A DNA stretch of 64,000 nt, taken from the NCBI GenBank assembly GCA_964609855.1, contig CAZSTB010000004.1:3740-67739 (forward strand), written 5' to 3'. A program made the translations under genes and the position numbers. Shown here in pieces: positions 9,614-20,228 of the stretch (positions within the stretch are counted from its first letter, which is position 1; every line of letters starts with the position of its first letter). The notes under the pieces were generated by a model. It had not been told where the DNA came from and made no database searches. It saw only the letters and a program-made list of their open reading frames with translations. The DNA comes from an uncultured Bdellovibrionales bacterium (GTDB taxonomy: Bacteria; Patescibacteriota; Minisyncoccia; Moranbacterales; GWC2-37-73).

Positions 9614-10651
9614 TTATCTCCAGGAATACGACTTAAAGGCCCAATCAGCCATAGTCTTAATATCCGTCCAGCGATGAACATCATCTAATACAACGGAAAC
9701 GATTCTATGTTTTGTTGACGGATCGGCAACGACCATCAAAAGAGAATAACCAGCTAGTGGGGTGAATCCCGTCTTTGCTCCCGTAATATTCGGCATCTGA
9801 TCTAATAGTTGATCGGTATTTAAAATAGTGTGAGACAATTTTCCATCACTTGATTTGACGATAGTATTGCTTGGCAAACGTGAAATCTTCCAAATAGTAT
9901 CATAGCGTAAGGAATATGCTGCGATTCGTGCGATATCATACGCCGAAGAATAGCATTCCGATTCCCGTCCATCTATTTCAAGACCTGAGGGAGTACAGAA
10001 ATTGCTGTCAGTAAGTCCTAGTTCTTTCGCTTTTTGATTCATCATCGCAGCAAAGCCCTCTTGGGAACCGCCCATGTGTTTTCCAAGTGCCAAGGCTGCA
10101 TCATTAGCACTGTTCATCAACATAGCAGTCAACAAATTTCGCGCCGAAATTTTTTCTCCCACTTGGAGACGCGTAGAAATACAATAGCCACTGCGCGGAC
10201 AGCCGATTTTTGTTCCGATAATAAACACTGCCTCTTCATCGATAGTAACATCCTCATCCAAGTTTTTTATTTTTTCCATCACCAAAACTGCCGTCATTAA
10301 TTTTGTTAATGAAGCAATCTGGCGCTGCTCTCTGCCTTCATTATAATGCATGATAGTCCCCGTATCGGCATCAATAATCACGGAAGCATGAGCATTAGGA
10401 ACAACCAAATCTTTCACACCATCCTTACGAACCGGCTGGTATGTAGGGTTTTCAATTGCTTGAGCTTTAATCTTTTGAATTTCGGGTTCCTTTTTTGTTT
10501 CCACACCTTTAACTAAGCCATTCTCAATGCCGTTATCAACTCTCACAACATCAGCCTGAACCTGACTCCCGCCAACCAAGCTTTCATTAAAAAGCAAAAA
10601 GGCATTAAGCGGAAAAAATAAAACCATCACAATTGTCCCAAGTATACCCAT
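9614..10651 (-). CDS. D-Ala-D-Ala carboxypeptidase (peptidase S11)
   Basis: IASLTK (SxxK), SAND (SxN), KTGFT motifs and an N-terminal anchor. Confidence 0.92.
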   Translation of the reverse strand: MGILGTIVMVLFFPLNAFLLFNESLVGGSQVQADVVRVDNGIENGLVKGVETKKEPEIQKIKAQAIENPTYQPVRKDGVKDLVVPNAHASVIIDADTGTIMHYNEGREQRQIASLTKLMTAVLVMEKIKNLDEDVTIDEEAVFIIGTKIGCPRSGYCISTRLQVGEKISARNLLTAMLMNSANDAALALGKHMGGSQEGFAAMMNQKAKELGLTDSNFCTPSGLEIDGRESECYSSAYDIARIAAYSLRYDTIWKISRLPSNTIVKSSDGKLSHTILNTDQLLDQMPNITGAKTGFTPLAGYSLLMVVADPSTKHRIVSVVLDDVHRWTDIKTMADWAFKSYSWR

Positions 10652-10723
10652 CAGCTTTTTCTTTTATATTTAAAAATCTATTTTTATATCAGACTATCAT
10701 TGAAAGCAAAATCGCATTATCAC

Positions 10724-11275
10724 CTATTCTTCAATTTTAATTCGCTCATCCACAGATAGTGTAGCATAATCTGGAAGTTTTTTCACGTCATCGATTCCCA
10801 TTTTCTTAAGGAAATCAAAAGAAATAGTATAAACATAACCCCGCGTGTCGCGCGGATTATCATTTCTGACAATAAGTCCGCGCAATAACAAGTTACGCAG
10901 CGTATAGGCGCAATTGACTCCGCGAATTTGCTCAATTTCAGGCTTTGAAATCGGACCGCGATAAGCGATGATTGACACTACTTCCATGGCGGAATTTGAA
11001 AGCGAATCCTGCATTTCATTTTTAACCAAATTTTCAACGTAAATACTGTTATCAGGATCTGAAACCAATTGTACTTCGTCAGCATTAATAAGGAGCTTTA
11101 ATCCACTTTCAGACTGACTGTATTTTTCCTGTAAGGCAATTATGCACTCTTCAATTAAGTCATTGTCTTGCTCTAAAATTTTAACAAGCTTACGTTTTTT
11201 AAGCGGCTCGCCACTGACAAATAACATACTTTCGATCACGGACATCAATTTATCTTTTTCCATATTTTTATGCAT
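10724..11275 (-). CDS. scpB: SMC partner ScpB
   Basis: IESMLFVSGEP, LS..AMEV..IIAY.GP, IEQIRGVN. Confidence 0.95.
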   Translation of the reverse strand: MHKNMEKDKLMSVIESMLFVSGEPLKKRKLVKILEQDNDLIEECIIALQEKYSQSESGLKLLINADEVQLVSDPDNSIYVENLVKNEMQDSLSNSAMEVVSIIAYRGPISKPEIEQIRGVNCAYTLRNLLLRGLIVRNDNPRDTRGYVYTISFDFLKKMGIDDVKKLPDYATLSVDERIKIEE

Positions 11276-11377
11276 TAATTTTCATTTTTCAATTTACAAT
11301 TTTCAATAAATTCTAACTTTTAAAATTTTCAAACACAATTCCTGCTTATTGAAAATTCATTGAAAATTGAATATTGG

Positions 11378-12091
11378 TTATTGAGAATTGTCTTTGTGTT
11401 TTAAGCTGATTTCACTAAATAACTCTCCCTGTTCAACATGAATAATCCGTTGCTTAACAAGTTCCAGCATTGCTAAAAAGGAAACTACGATCTCCACTTT
11501 GTCTTTAGCATCCGCAACAAGTTGAGAGAAAGATGATTGTACTCTTACGCGCAGTGTTTCCTGAAGATGCACGATTCTGTCTTCTAGAGTCAAAACTTCT
11601 TTCACAATATCTTCGTCCAATTTCTCAGCAACCGGAATCTCACCTAAAACGCGATTAAATGCCTTTGCTAAATCCTGACTGGTAATATCTTTTGGCGGAT
11701 AAAAAACTACTGATAATCCAAGAAAACCTTCTCGCGAAAAACTTGCAGCCGGGGATTGGAAAATTATTTCCAAGTTTTTAGCTGCATCCTTGAATTTTTT
11801 ATATTCTGCCAGCTGATGCTCTAAATCTTTTATTTCTTCCTCTTCCTCTTCCGTAAATTGTAAAAGTGGTAATAATGCCTTTGACTTGATTAAAATCAGG
11901 CGCGTTGCAATATTTAAGAAATCTGCCAGATGCGACAAACTGACGTCTTTTGCGGAAGAAATATATTCCAGATATTGATCAGTGATCTTGGCCAAGCTGA
12001 CGCGAGTAATGTCCAACTTTTCCTGCTCAGTAAGTTGCAAAAGCAAATCCAGCGGTCCCTCAAATTGTTCCAACTTAATATTATAAAGCAT
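11378..12091 (-). CDS. scpA: Kleisin ScpA
   Basis: FEGPLDLLL, IKSKALLP, FLAMLEL. Confidence 0.95.
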   Translation of the reverse strand: MLYNIKLEQFEGPLDLLLQLTEQEKLDITRVSLAKITDQYLEYISSAKDVSLSHLADFLNIATRLILIKSKALLPLLQFTEEEEEEIKDLEHQLAEYKKFKDAAKNLEIIFQSPAASFSREGFLGLSVVFYPPKDITSQDLAKAFNRVLGEIPVAEKLDEDIVKEVLTLEDRIVHLQETLRVRVQSSFSQLVADAKDKVEIVVSFLAMLELVKQRIIHVEQGELFSEISLKHKDNSQ

Positions 12092-12114
12092 AAAACAGAC
12101 TCAAAAAAAATAAT

Positions 12115-13332
12115 TTATGAAACTACACCTTTCAGCTCCAATTCCAATTCCCTTTCACTTTTATTATCAACTAAAGTCAACGCCGGATACAATGCCAATA
12201 AAACCACGCCTGCAATAAATAGGAACACGACCTTAAGCGGAAAGAAAAATAATATCACCGCAGAAAGAGCAGTGGCTGCCAGATAAGCGACTGAGCGTGA
12301 TGTCCTAAAGAAACTGATGATATCCATATCGCTGCCATCGATGCGCTTATAAAAATAAGAATCACGCAGCGTTTCAATCATTGCTGCTCCAACTCTAGTC
12401 ATAAACAGCACAGTGCTCCAAATCCACAGCGAATTCCCTTTGATAAAAAAGATACTAGCCGTTGAGAAAGCGATCAAAAAAAGTGCGCCAATTATCATCT
12501 CTTTTTCTCCAATCTTCTTATCTGCAAGGATTCCCACCGGATAGCCGAAAACTGTAAACGGGATAAGCATGATCGTAAAAATCAAACCAATTTGTCCCCA
12601 ACCTATTCCGCGATCCAACAAATAAAGCGGGGTATAAACAACCATCAGGGCATAGAAAAATTCCAACGCAAAAGAGATCCAATAAATTCGCATCAAATCT
12701 TTATTGATAAAAATTTTCCTAACTAAATCTTTCACCGTCAAATTACCGCCGAATTTAGAATTGCCGCCGCGAAGTCCGATCAAGCCAGCCACAAAAATTC
12801 CCATATTTATAATCATGGCGATGAAAAATAGACCGAAGTAACTATATTGTTCCAAAATTCTCGTGGAAATCAATGGCCCAAGAATAAATCCTAGATTTGT
12901 CATCATCAAATGAAAGCCGCGAATTCTTCCTGATTTTTTATCTTCAGAATATGACTCTAAGATAATATCCAAAAGCACGATAACTAAATATGAAGAGATG
13001 ATATACATCATCAACAGAGCTATTCCAACGACTGATGGCGGTACCATGGTAAGGATGGTTACACTGCATATTTGCAAAAAAAAGAACAGGAAAAAAGCTG
13101 TTGATTTTCCAATAGCCTTGATAATCTTATGCAAATTTAGCAGTACAATTAAAGCAATGGCATATGCGATAAAGTAAAAAATACTGACATTCTCACTCCC
13201 CAATGAAACCTTAAAATATGATGATTCCACATACATCAAAAGCGACTGCGCAAAACCGAGCAGTAAAGCCAATGAGGTTATGAGTTGTAATTTTCTTTCG
13301 TTTATTTTTTCTTTATGTTTTTTTATTTTCAT
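12115..13332 (-). CDS. MFS transporter
   Basis: About 12 TM segments; G.LADK.G motif in the second half. Confidence 0.85.
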   Translation of the reverse strand: MKIKKHKEKINERKLQLITSLALLLGFAQSLLMYVESSYFKVSLGSENVSIFYFIAYAIALIVLLNLHKIIKAIGKSTAFFLFFFLQICSVTILTMVPPSVVGIALLMMYIISSYLVIVLLDIILESYSEDKKSGRIRGFHLMMTNLGFILGPLISTRILEQYSYFGLFFIAMIINMGIFVAGLIGLRGGNSKFGGNLTVKDLVRKIFINKDLMRIYWISFALEFFYALMVVYTPLYLLDRGIGWGQIGLIFTIMLIPFTVFGYPVGILADKKIGEKEMIIGALFLIAFSTASIFFIKGNSLWIWSTVLFMTRVGAAMIETLRDSYFYKRIDGSDMDIISFFRTSRSVAYLAATALSAVILFFFPLKVVFLFIAGVVLLALYPALTLVDNKSERELELELKGVVS

Positions 13333-13404
13333 GAATTTTTCAACAGCCTTTTACTTGCAAGAGGCTAAGTTCAAAAAACTTAGCCTCTAATATTTAAAGT
13401 GATA

Positions 13405-14820
13405 CTAAACCAGTTTCTTTTTTCTTTTAACGACTTTGATGCCTGCCTCCACTAGTTGTCTTTCATCGAGTTCACTAGGGGCGCTCATCATAGGATCCTC
13501 TGCTTCACCGGTTTTCGAGAAAGCGATGACTTCTCGAATATTAGGTTCACCTTGAAGTATCATCACGATGCGATCAACTCCCGGTGCGATTCCTCCATGA
13601 GGCGGAGCACCGAATTCGAAGGCTTTAAGCATATGTCCATAATCTCGCTGAATTTTTTCTTCAGGAATTCCCATAATTTCCAGCACCTTACGCAAGGCTT
13701 CAGGTTCATGATTTCGAATGCTTCCCCCACCAATTTCAAATCCATTAAGCACGATGTCGTACTGCGTTGTCAAAATCTCTCCGATATTTTCTTTCCTCAT
13801 CAATTGCTCCATGAACTCAGGTTTCGGTCTAGAAAATGGGTTATGTGTAAATGTCCAACCACTTGAAGATTCTTCATCTTTTTCAAAAAATGGAAAATCA
13901 ACAACCCAACAGAATGCCAACAAATTAGGGTCATTCTTGTCTTCACGAATATCTGGTCTGTCGCATCCATACTTTTCCATTGATTCCTGATAAGAAATCC
14001 TCGGAAATGGCAACGCTTGAATTTTCTTTTCCGGATAATAAGTCTGAACCAATTTGATCAGCATTTCTTCAACAACATTCATCACATCTTCTTGCTCAAC
14101 AAAACTCATTTCCATATCGAGTTGAGTGAACTCCGGTTGGCGGTCTCCGCGAGTATCCTCATCGCGAAAACATCTGGCAATCTGGAAATATCTTTCCAGT
14201 CCGGCAGTCATAAGTAGCTGCTTGTATTGCTGTGGCGATTGCGGCAAAGCATAGAATTTTCCTTTATAGATGCGGGACGGTACAACATAATCACGAGAAC
14301 CCTCAGCAGTTGATTTCCCAAGGATCGGCGTTTCAATTTCAATGAAGTCTTTTTCACCCAAAAAGTCTCTGAAAAATTTCACGACCTTATGGCGCATCAA
14401 AATATTGTCGCGCATTCTTTCACTGCGAAGGTCTAGGTATCTGTATTTTAGGCGTAATTCTTCGTTAACATTTTTAGTATCTTTGTTCAATTCGAAAGGC
14501 AAAGCTTTTGATTCGTTCAAAATCTTGATAGATGCAACTTCAATTTCCACCCCGCCTGTTGCCGATTTCTCATTGCGTGCGCTCATTGGGCGCTCTTTCA
14601 CAACGCCCTCCATTTCAATCACAAATTCGCTTCTTAGACGCTTTGCATTGTCATGCGCTTCCACATGATCAGGAATGATAACTGTTTGAATAATCCCACT
14701 ACGATCCCTAAGGTCAACAAAAATAAGTTTTCCGTGATCACGCCTAATATGTACCCAACCTGCAATTTTTACGGTTTGACCAATAAATTTTGGCGTATCA
14801 ATGATTCTAATTCGCTCCAT
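13405..14820 (-). CDS. aspS: Aspartyl-tRNA synthetase (short, no GAD insertion)
   Basis: OB-fold (RDHGKLIFVDLRD), LPQSPQ, CFRDED, DRQPEFTQLD, GAPPHGG. Confidence 0.96.
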   Translation of the reverse strand: MERIRIIDTPKFIGQTVKIAGWVHIRRDHGKLIFVDLRDRSGIIQTVIIPDHVEAHDNAKRLRSEFVIEMEGVVKERPMSARNEKSATGGVEIEVASIKILNESKALPFELNKDTKNVNEELRLKYRYLDLRSERMRDNILMRHKVVKFFRDFLGEKDFIEIETPILGKSTAEGSRDYVVPSRIYKGKFYALPQSPQQYKQLLMTAGLERYFQIARCFRDEDTRGDRQPEFTQLDMEMSFVEQEDVMNVVEEMLIKLVQTYYPEKKIQALPFPRISYQESMEKYGCDRPDIREDKNDPNLLAFCWVVDFPFFEKDEESSSGWTFTHNPFSRPKPEFMEQLMRKENIGEILTTQYDIVLNGFEIGGGSIRNHEPEALRKVLEIMGIPEEKIQRDYGHMLKAFEFGAPPHGGIAPGVDRIVMILQGEPNIREVIAFSKTGEAEDPMMSAPSELDERQLVEAGIKVVKRKKKLV

Positions 14821-14838
14821 ATGTTTTTATAAACTTAA

Positions 14839-15636
14839 TTATTCAAGAATTTCTGCTACACGCCGGGCAAGGTCACTTGGAACAACATGCGTTTTTTCAT
14901 AAAAATCCGTTATTCCCAAATCCCTGACCGGCTGAATATCTTCTTCCACAACTGACGCCGACAGAACTATTATCGGGGTTTCTTTCGTTTTATCGTCCAG
15001 TCTTATGCGCCTGATAATTTCCTCTCCTGCCATGGCTGGCATCACCATATCAGTGATAATCAAATCGTAATGATTTTCCGCCGCCATCTTGCATCCCCAA
15101 ACACCATTTTTTGCATATTCAACTTCAAATCCATCATCTTCTAATTTCTTGCCAAACATTTCCAAGAAAATTTCCTCATCCTCAATAAACAAAATGCGTT
15201 TTTTATCTTTTTTATGGAGAAAATTAAATCCACCCAAACGTTGACTATTCTTCTTTTGCTCTTGATACATAGCCAGCAGCCTATTTATCTCGGTAACCAA
15301 TTCCGAGGGTGAAAACCTACTTTTTTCAATAAATTCATCTGCCCCATTCTCCCTTGTCTCTTTTTCATTTTCAGCCTTACTCAGATTGCTCAAAATCACA
15401 ACTTTCAAGTCGCTACTATAATTTCCGCTTTTTTTAAGCTCTTTCAAAACATCCATTCCACTCATTTCCGGCAAAACCATATCCAAAAGGATCAAGTCAA
15501 AATCCTCCTCACTGGCAACTTTAAGCACCTCACGACCATTCGTAACGTTAATCACCTCAAAACCTGCATTTTTAAACTTGTTCAGATAGATGTCTGCAAT
15601 CATTGGGTCGTCCTCAACAAGCATGATTTTCGCCAT
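14839..15636 (-). CDS. Tandem receiver-domain (REC-REC) response regulator
   Basis: Two CheY-like domains (LVEDD...LLDMVLP; FIEDE...ITDMVMP) and no output domain. Confidence 0.88.
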   Translation of the reverse strand: MAKIMLVEDDPMIADIYLNKFKNAGFEVINVTNGREVLKVASEEDFDLILLDMVLPEMSGMDVLKELKKSGNYSSDLKVVILSNLSKAENEKETRENGADEFIEKSRFSPSELVTEINRLLAMYQEQKKNSQRLGGFNFLHKKDKKRILFIEDEEIFLEMFGKKLEDDGFEVEYAKNGVWGCKMAAENHYDLIITDMVMPAMAGEEIIRRIRLDDKTKETPIIVLSASVVEEDIQPVRDLGITDFYEKTHVVPSDLARRVAEILE

Positions 15637-15871
15637 AATGGATGTGTAAATTTATAACACTTAATATGCTAAGCATACCTGATATAAAGGGAAAAAGCAA
15701 GAATATTTAACAATTTTCAATTTTCAGTTCTCAATTATCATTGAATTTCCATTTTTTAATTTTCGAAACAAATTTAATAAATTAATCATTGATTAATTGA
15801 GATTTCATTGGAAATTGAAAATTGATTATTGAAAATTTGGAGACAAGATAATTAACTCAGCACATAATTCA

Positions 15872-16744
15872 TTAAAGTGACTTGATTTTCAAAAGCACTT
15901 CGTCAATAATCCATTTTGGCGTACTGGCGCCAGCTGTAACGGCGACTGTCTTACAATCTGCAAACCAGGCAGCATCCAATTCCTCAACTCGCGCCACAAA
16001 ATATGATTTGGGATTAATACGTAGTGCGATTTCCCAAAGCCTTGTGGAATTGGCGCTTTCAGGACTGCCAATTATAACGATGACTTCATTTTCTCCAGCC
16101 ATTTTAGTTATCTCAGTCTGCCTATGATGCGTAGTTAAACAGATAGAATCCACAACTTCAGCATGCGGATATTTCTCGCATATCTGCTTCGCTGCACGCT
16201 CAACAAATTCCTGGTCTTGTGTAGTCTGTGAAAGAATCGCCAACTTCTTATCTTTATCGGCCACAAATCCGCAAAGATCCTCGTCGGTTTCAATTAAGAT
16301 TGCTTTTTTATTGGCCCATTCAAAAATTCCCTTAACTTCCTTATGATTTTTCTCGCCGATCATGACAATTTGTGTGTCGCGATCAAAAAAGGCTTTTGCT
16401 AGTCGCTGAACCTTGATGACACGCGGACAGGTGGTATCGATAAGCGGAACTCCATGAGTTTTTGCAAGTTCATAAATTTTCGGTCCGATACCATGAGCCG
16501 TAACAACTAAAGTTCCAACCTCCCCTTTGATTTTTTCGAAAAAATTCTCAAGGGGTCCCTCAACGTGAACTTTGCGCACACCCATTTTTTCAATTTTTTC
16601 CACCACGTCACTATTATGCACCAAAGACCCAAGCACAAAAATCGGCTTTTTCACCTGCGGGTCACTCGCAATCTTTTCAACGATATCGTACGCCCTCTGC
16701 ACGCCTTCGCAGAAACCTGCGAATTTACTTAAGGTTATTTTCAT
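15872..16744 (-). CDS. ispH: 4-hydroxy-3-methylbut-2-enyl diphosphate reductase
   Basis: GFCEGV, VHN, AHG, DTTCP, HKEV, SQTT, ICLTT, SANS, TAGASTP: all three Fe-S Cys and the catalytic residues are present. Confidence 0.95.
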   Translation of the reverse strand: MKITLSKFAGFCEGVQRAYDIVEKIASDPQVKKPIFVLGSLVHNSDVVEKIEKMGVRKVHVEGPLENFFEKIKGEVGTLVVTAHGIGPKIYELAKTHGVPLIDTTCPRVIKVQRLAKAFFDRDTQIVMIGEKNHKEVKGIFEWANKKAILIETDEDLCGFVADKDKKLAILSQTTQDQEFVERAAKQICEKYPHAEVVDSICLTTHHRQTEITKMAGENEVIVIIGSPESANSTRLWEIALRINPKSYFVARVEELDAAWFADCKTVAVTAGASTPKWIIDEVLLKIKSL

Positions 16745-17077
16745 ATTTAAAAAATAATTTTTAATTTTTAATTTTTAATTTCGAATGAATGTATTAATTC
16801 TTTAATACTTAAAACATTCTGAAATTAGAAATTGAATCGAAATTTTTGCTCCAGGCTTATCCCTTGGGGACAAAATTCAAAATTGGAAATTCAAAATTAC
16901 TTACATAATGCTAAAAGATTAACCGTATTTAGGCAAGTGTTACGCAGCATGTTACGCAGCAAAAACCTAACCGCATCATTTACTACCATATGAAGTAGTA
17001 TGGTAGTGAGGGATTAAATTTTGTTTTCCATTTTCAATTCCTGAAACAAGAATTCAAAAAATGGAATTATTATTTTT

Positions 17078-17113
17078 AATAAGAATCCTCCACTCTATTG
17101 GAGGATTCTTATT
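17078..17113. terminator. Intrinsic terminator after proS
   Basis: AATAAGAATCCTCCA-loop-TGGAGGATTCTTATT hairpin. Confidence 0.7.
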
Positions 17114-17120
17114 CAAGAAC

Positions 17121-18350
17121 TTATAATGTTGCTAGAAAATCATCAATCGAAACAATCTTATTTTCGCTTTCGTTTCGCTTTTTAATTTCAATTCCGCCAG
17201 CTGCCAAAGATTTTTTACTGATAACAACGCGCAGTGGTATTCCTATCAGGTCGCTGTCTGCAAATTTTTCACCAGCGCTAACTTCGCGGTCATCCATTAA
17301 AACTTCAATTCCTTTTTGTTTAAGAGTTTGATAAATTTTCTCAGCTTCCTCGTCTTCACCAAGATTAATCAGGTGAACAGCAAAAGGCGCGATTCCTTCC
17401 GGCCAGATGATTCCTTTTTCGTCATGGAAAAGTTCCACTGCAGTTCCCATTAAGCGATTAAGACCAATTCCATAACATCCCATAATCACATCGTTTTCAT
17501 TTCCCTCTTGATCCTTATAAGTAAGTTCAAATGGGGTCGAAAATTTAGTCATCAATTTGAAAATATTTCCCGTCTCAACTGCCTTTTCTTTTCGAAGTTC
17601 AGCATTTCCACATTGAGGACATTTATATTTAAGGTCTTCAATGATTTCGTCATTCACTGCAATACGACATTTGTCACAGATATAAATATTGTCCTCTCCT
17701 GCATCTGTTAAGGTCTGAAATTCATGGGAGTATTTAGAAAACGATCCGCCAGAAGCATATGTATAGTAAGTTTTTTCCCAAATTCCAGCTCTTTCAAAAA
17801 CTCGCTGATATGCGGCAGTAGCTTTTTCATAATAAGCATCTAAATCCTCACTGCTAGTGTGAAATGAATACAGATCTTTCATGAAAAATTCTCTACCGCG
17901 CAAAATTCCGGATTTGGCTCTTTTTTCATCACGGAACTTGTTTTGAATTTGAAATGTCGCAGTTGGCAAATCCTTGTATGAAAGCACGAATTTTTTCATC
18001 AACGGCGACACGACTTCTTCATGAGTTGCGCCAAGAGCATATTCATTTTTAGAATAAAAACTAGTGAATTTGAAAAGATTATCCAAGCCATCCCAGCGTC
18101 CAGATTTCTCCCAATTTTCTTTCGGATTAAGTGACGGCATCAAAATTTCATTTGCGCCAAGATTATTCATCTCTTCGCGAATGATGTTTTCAATCTTGCG
18201 AAATACCCGAAGACCTAATGGCAAAAAAGTATAAGTCCCCGCCATGAGCTTATCCACAAATCCAGCCCTAATCAGCAATTGTGCATTAATACTGACCTCA
18301 TCAGAAGGTGCTTCCTTTTTAGTTTTAGTGAAAAGTTGACTTTGCTTCAT
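17121..18350 (-). CDS. proS: Prolyl-tRNA synthetase (no editing domain)
   Basis: LL.RAGF, LGATHEE, KFRDEKR.K.G..RGREF, MGCYGIG, anticodon-binding domain. Confidence 0.96.
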   Translation of the reverse strand: MKQSQLFTKTKKEAPSDEVSINAQLLIRAGFVDKLMAGTYTFLPLGLRVFRKIENIIREEMNNLGANEILMPSLNPKENWEKSGRWDGLDNLFKFTSFYSKNEYALGATHEEVVSPLMKKFVLSYKDLPTATFQIQNKFRDEKRAKSGILRGREFFMKDLYSFHTSSEDLDAYYEKATAAYQRVFERAGIWEKTYYTYASGGSFSKYSHEFQTLTDAGEDNIYICDKCRIAVNDEIIEDLKYKCPQCGNAELRKEKAVETGNIFKLMTKFSTPFELTYKDQEGNENDVIMGCYGIGLNRLMGTAVELFHDEKGIIWPEGIAPFAVHLINLGEDEEAEKIYQTLKQKGIEVLMDDREVSAGEKFADSDLIGIPLRVVISKKSLAAGGIEIKKRNESENKIVSIDDFLATL

Positions 18351-18364
18351 TGATTTTACATCGT

Positions 18365-18422
18365 GTCATTCCCGCAAAGCAGGAATCCAGGCCCTAGATT
18401 CTGAATCAAATTCAGAATGACA
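18365..18422. repeat. TGTCATTCC...GGAATCC-type REP pair
   Basis: tgtcattcccgcaaagcaggaatccag followed by gattctgaatcaaattcagaatgaca. Same family at 37228-37450, 39743-39853, 41357-41455 and 63931-63982. Confidence 0.75.
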
Positions 18423-18567
18423 AAGAAATTTAATATATTTAAGGATAACCTTATCATAGCAAATTATCCCTTAAATGCAAGGAAATATATGAAAAAATCG
18501 TTCAATTAGTTCACGAAGTAATTACGTGCCTCTAGGGTCTTAGCAGCTTTCCCACCTTGTGTTGTTC

Positions 18568-18885
18568 TTAATTAATAATTTTCTTACTTACCGCTCCTTC
18601 GAATATTCTGAAAGCAAGTCGGTTTTCTTTTTTGTAAATAATCGGAGTACCAATGTGAGCCCCGCATTTTAAGCAAATTAGTTGCGGAATTTCCACTAAA
18701 GAAAAGTATTGGAGATTTTCATATTTCTCTGAACTGCAAATCCTATCCAGATATGTCCGCTTCAAAAGACCCGGACCATCTTTCTGGTAACTAAAAAGCC
18801 GCTCATCACATTTCGCGCAACAAACATCAAGCAATTTAGATTGCCCACCCCTCGCTTTGCGGTATCTATCCTGCTTCAGCTTCAT
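18568..18885 (-). CDS. Small putative Zn-ribbon protein
   Basis: CAKC...CLKC pairs and YQKDGPG.LKR.YLDRI; starts 3 bp after the M16 peptidase stop. Confidence 0.75.
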   Translation of the reverse strand: MKLKQDRYRKARGGQSKLLDVCCAKCDERLFSYQKDGPGLLKRTYLDRICSSEKYENLQYFSLVEIPQLICLKCGAHIGTPIIYKKENRLAFRIFEGAVSKKIIN

Positions 18886-18888
18886 AAA

Positions 18889-20160
18889 TTATTCCAAACG
18901 AAAATCCAAATCTTTCTCGTCAATATTACCAATTGCGGAAATCGAAACATTATCTTCATTCAAGTATTTGCTTGCAACTCGTTGAATATCTTCGTTTTTT
19001 AAATTCGCAATAATTTTCGAATATTCATCTATATCCAACAACTTTTCCTTTCCAGATACAGTTGCTTGCCAGCCATACCACCACAAATACTCATATGGAT
19101 CAACAAATTTTATAGCCAGCGAAGACACAAAGGATCGTTTGTAAATGTCCAAACTGATCTCATTAAACATGTTTGATTTTATTTTTTTAATTTCTTCAAA
19201 AATTATTTCTATCGTCTTAGTAACATTTTTCTTATCACAAGAAAAGATGAATCTTAACACGCCAGTTTGCGAGAAATTCTCAGATTCTCCATCTACCCAA
19301 TATGTAAAATCTCGCTTTAATCGCAACTCTTCAATCAGTTTGGAAATCCACTTATTTGCTAAATAATCGCGAATAAAATCAATAGCGGCTATATCCTTTT
19401 GCTCATCGCAAATAGCAGTCGCTCTGAAAGCAACTGCTACAGTTACTTGATTAGCGTCAGTTTTTTCAATGGCTATTTTCTTTGGCTCAACGAAAGTTTC
19501 ACTATCTTCAATGATATTTACACCGCCATTGTTCATTTTTTCATTCAAATACTTTCCAATATTTTCAATACTTTCATCGCCCACTGTCACAAAAGTGCAA
19601 GAACTTTGAGAATAATGACTTTGGATGAACAACTTTAAATCGCTTTCACTGATTGAATTGATACTTTCATCATCGCCGAAAAAACTTCTGCCCATCGATG
19701 AATTCTTCCAAAGCGCCTGATTAGATAAGTTCCAGATGTACTCACGCGGATTAAGCTTATTTTCCCGCATCTCATTCAACACGATATCTTTTTCTTTTTC
19801 AAGATCCTGCTCGTCAAAAACATACCAGCAAAGACCATCGGTTAAAAATTCAAGAGCTTTAAATGTTTCGCTTTTCTCCTGAATATAATATTGATGAGAC
19901 GTTTCATAGCTCGTAAAAGCATTGCACTTGATGCCATGTGACTCAATCGCCTTGAGTCTTTCAATCTCATCAGAGTATTTTTTTGTTCTCTTAACTAAAA
20001 GATGTTCCAATAGGTGCGCTAGACCCTCTTTTCCCGCAGGATCAAATCTGGATCCAGCCCTGAACCACGCCGAAACAATCGAAATCGGTAAATTCTCAAC
20101 CCTCACATTTATAAGTGTTGCTCCGTTTGCAAGTATTATCTTTTCTATTTGATGTTTCAT
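18889..20160 (-). CDS. M16 family zinc peptidase
   Basis: AGSRFD...GLAHLLEH inverted HxxEH motif, NAFTS. Confidence 0.92.
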   Translation of the reverse strand: MKHQIEKIILANGATLINVRVENLPISIVSAWFRAGSRFDPAGKEGLAHLLEHLLVKRTKKYSDEIERLKAIESHGIKCNAFTSYETSHQYYIQEKSETFKALEFLTDGLCWYVFDEQDLEKEKDIVLNEMRENKLNPREYIWNLSNQALWKNSSMGRSFFGDDESINSISESDLKLFIQSHYSQSSCTFVTVGDESIENIGKYLNEKMNNGGVNIIEDSETFVEPKKIAIEKTDANQVTVAVAFRATAICDEQKDIAAIDFIRDYLANKWISKLIEELRLKRDFTYWVDGESENFSQTGVLRFIFSCDKKNVTKTIEIIFEEIKKIKSNMFNEISLDIYKRSFVSSLAIKFVDPYEYLWWYGWQATVSGKEKLLDIDEYSKIIANLKNEDIQRVASKYLNEDNVSISAIGNIDEKDLDFRLE

Positions 20161-20228
20161 ATTGTTATAATACTACCATTTAATACAAAATTAAAGCCCT
20201 TTCCAAGTTCGGAAAGGGCTTTAATGAT

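Noticed and set aside
16938-16961. TGTTACGCAGCA x2 resembles part of the class 1 integron attI1 direct repeat
   Set aside because: Only 12-13 bp match; no integrase and no attI core context nearby. Likely coincidence.
18500-18565. Possible T-box upstream of proS (AAGGTGGGAAAGC)
   Set aside because: Lacks the TGGNACC bulge, antiterminator pairing and terminator.
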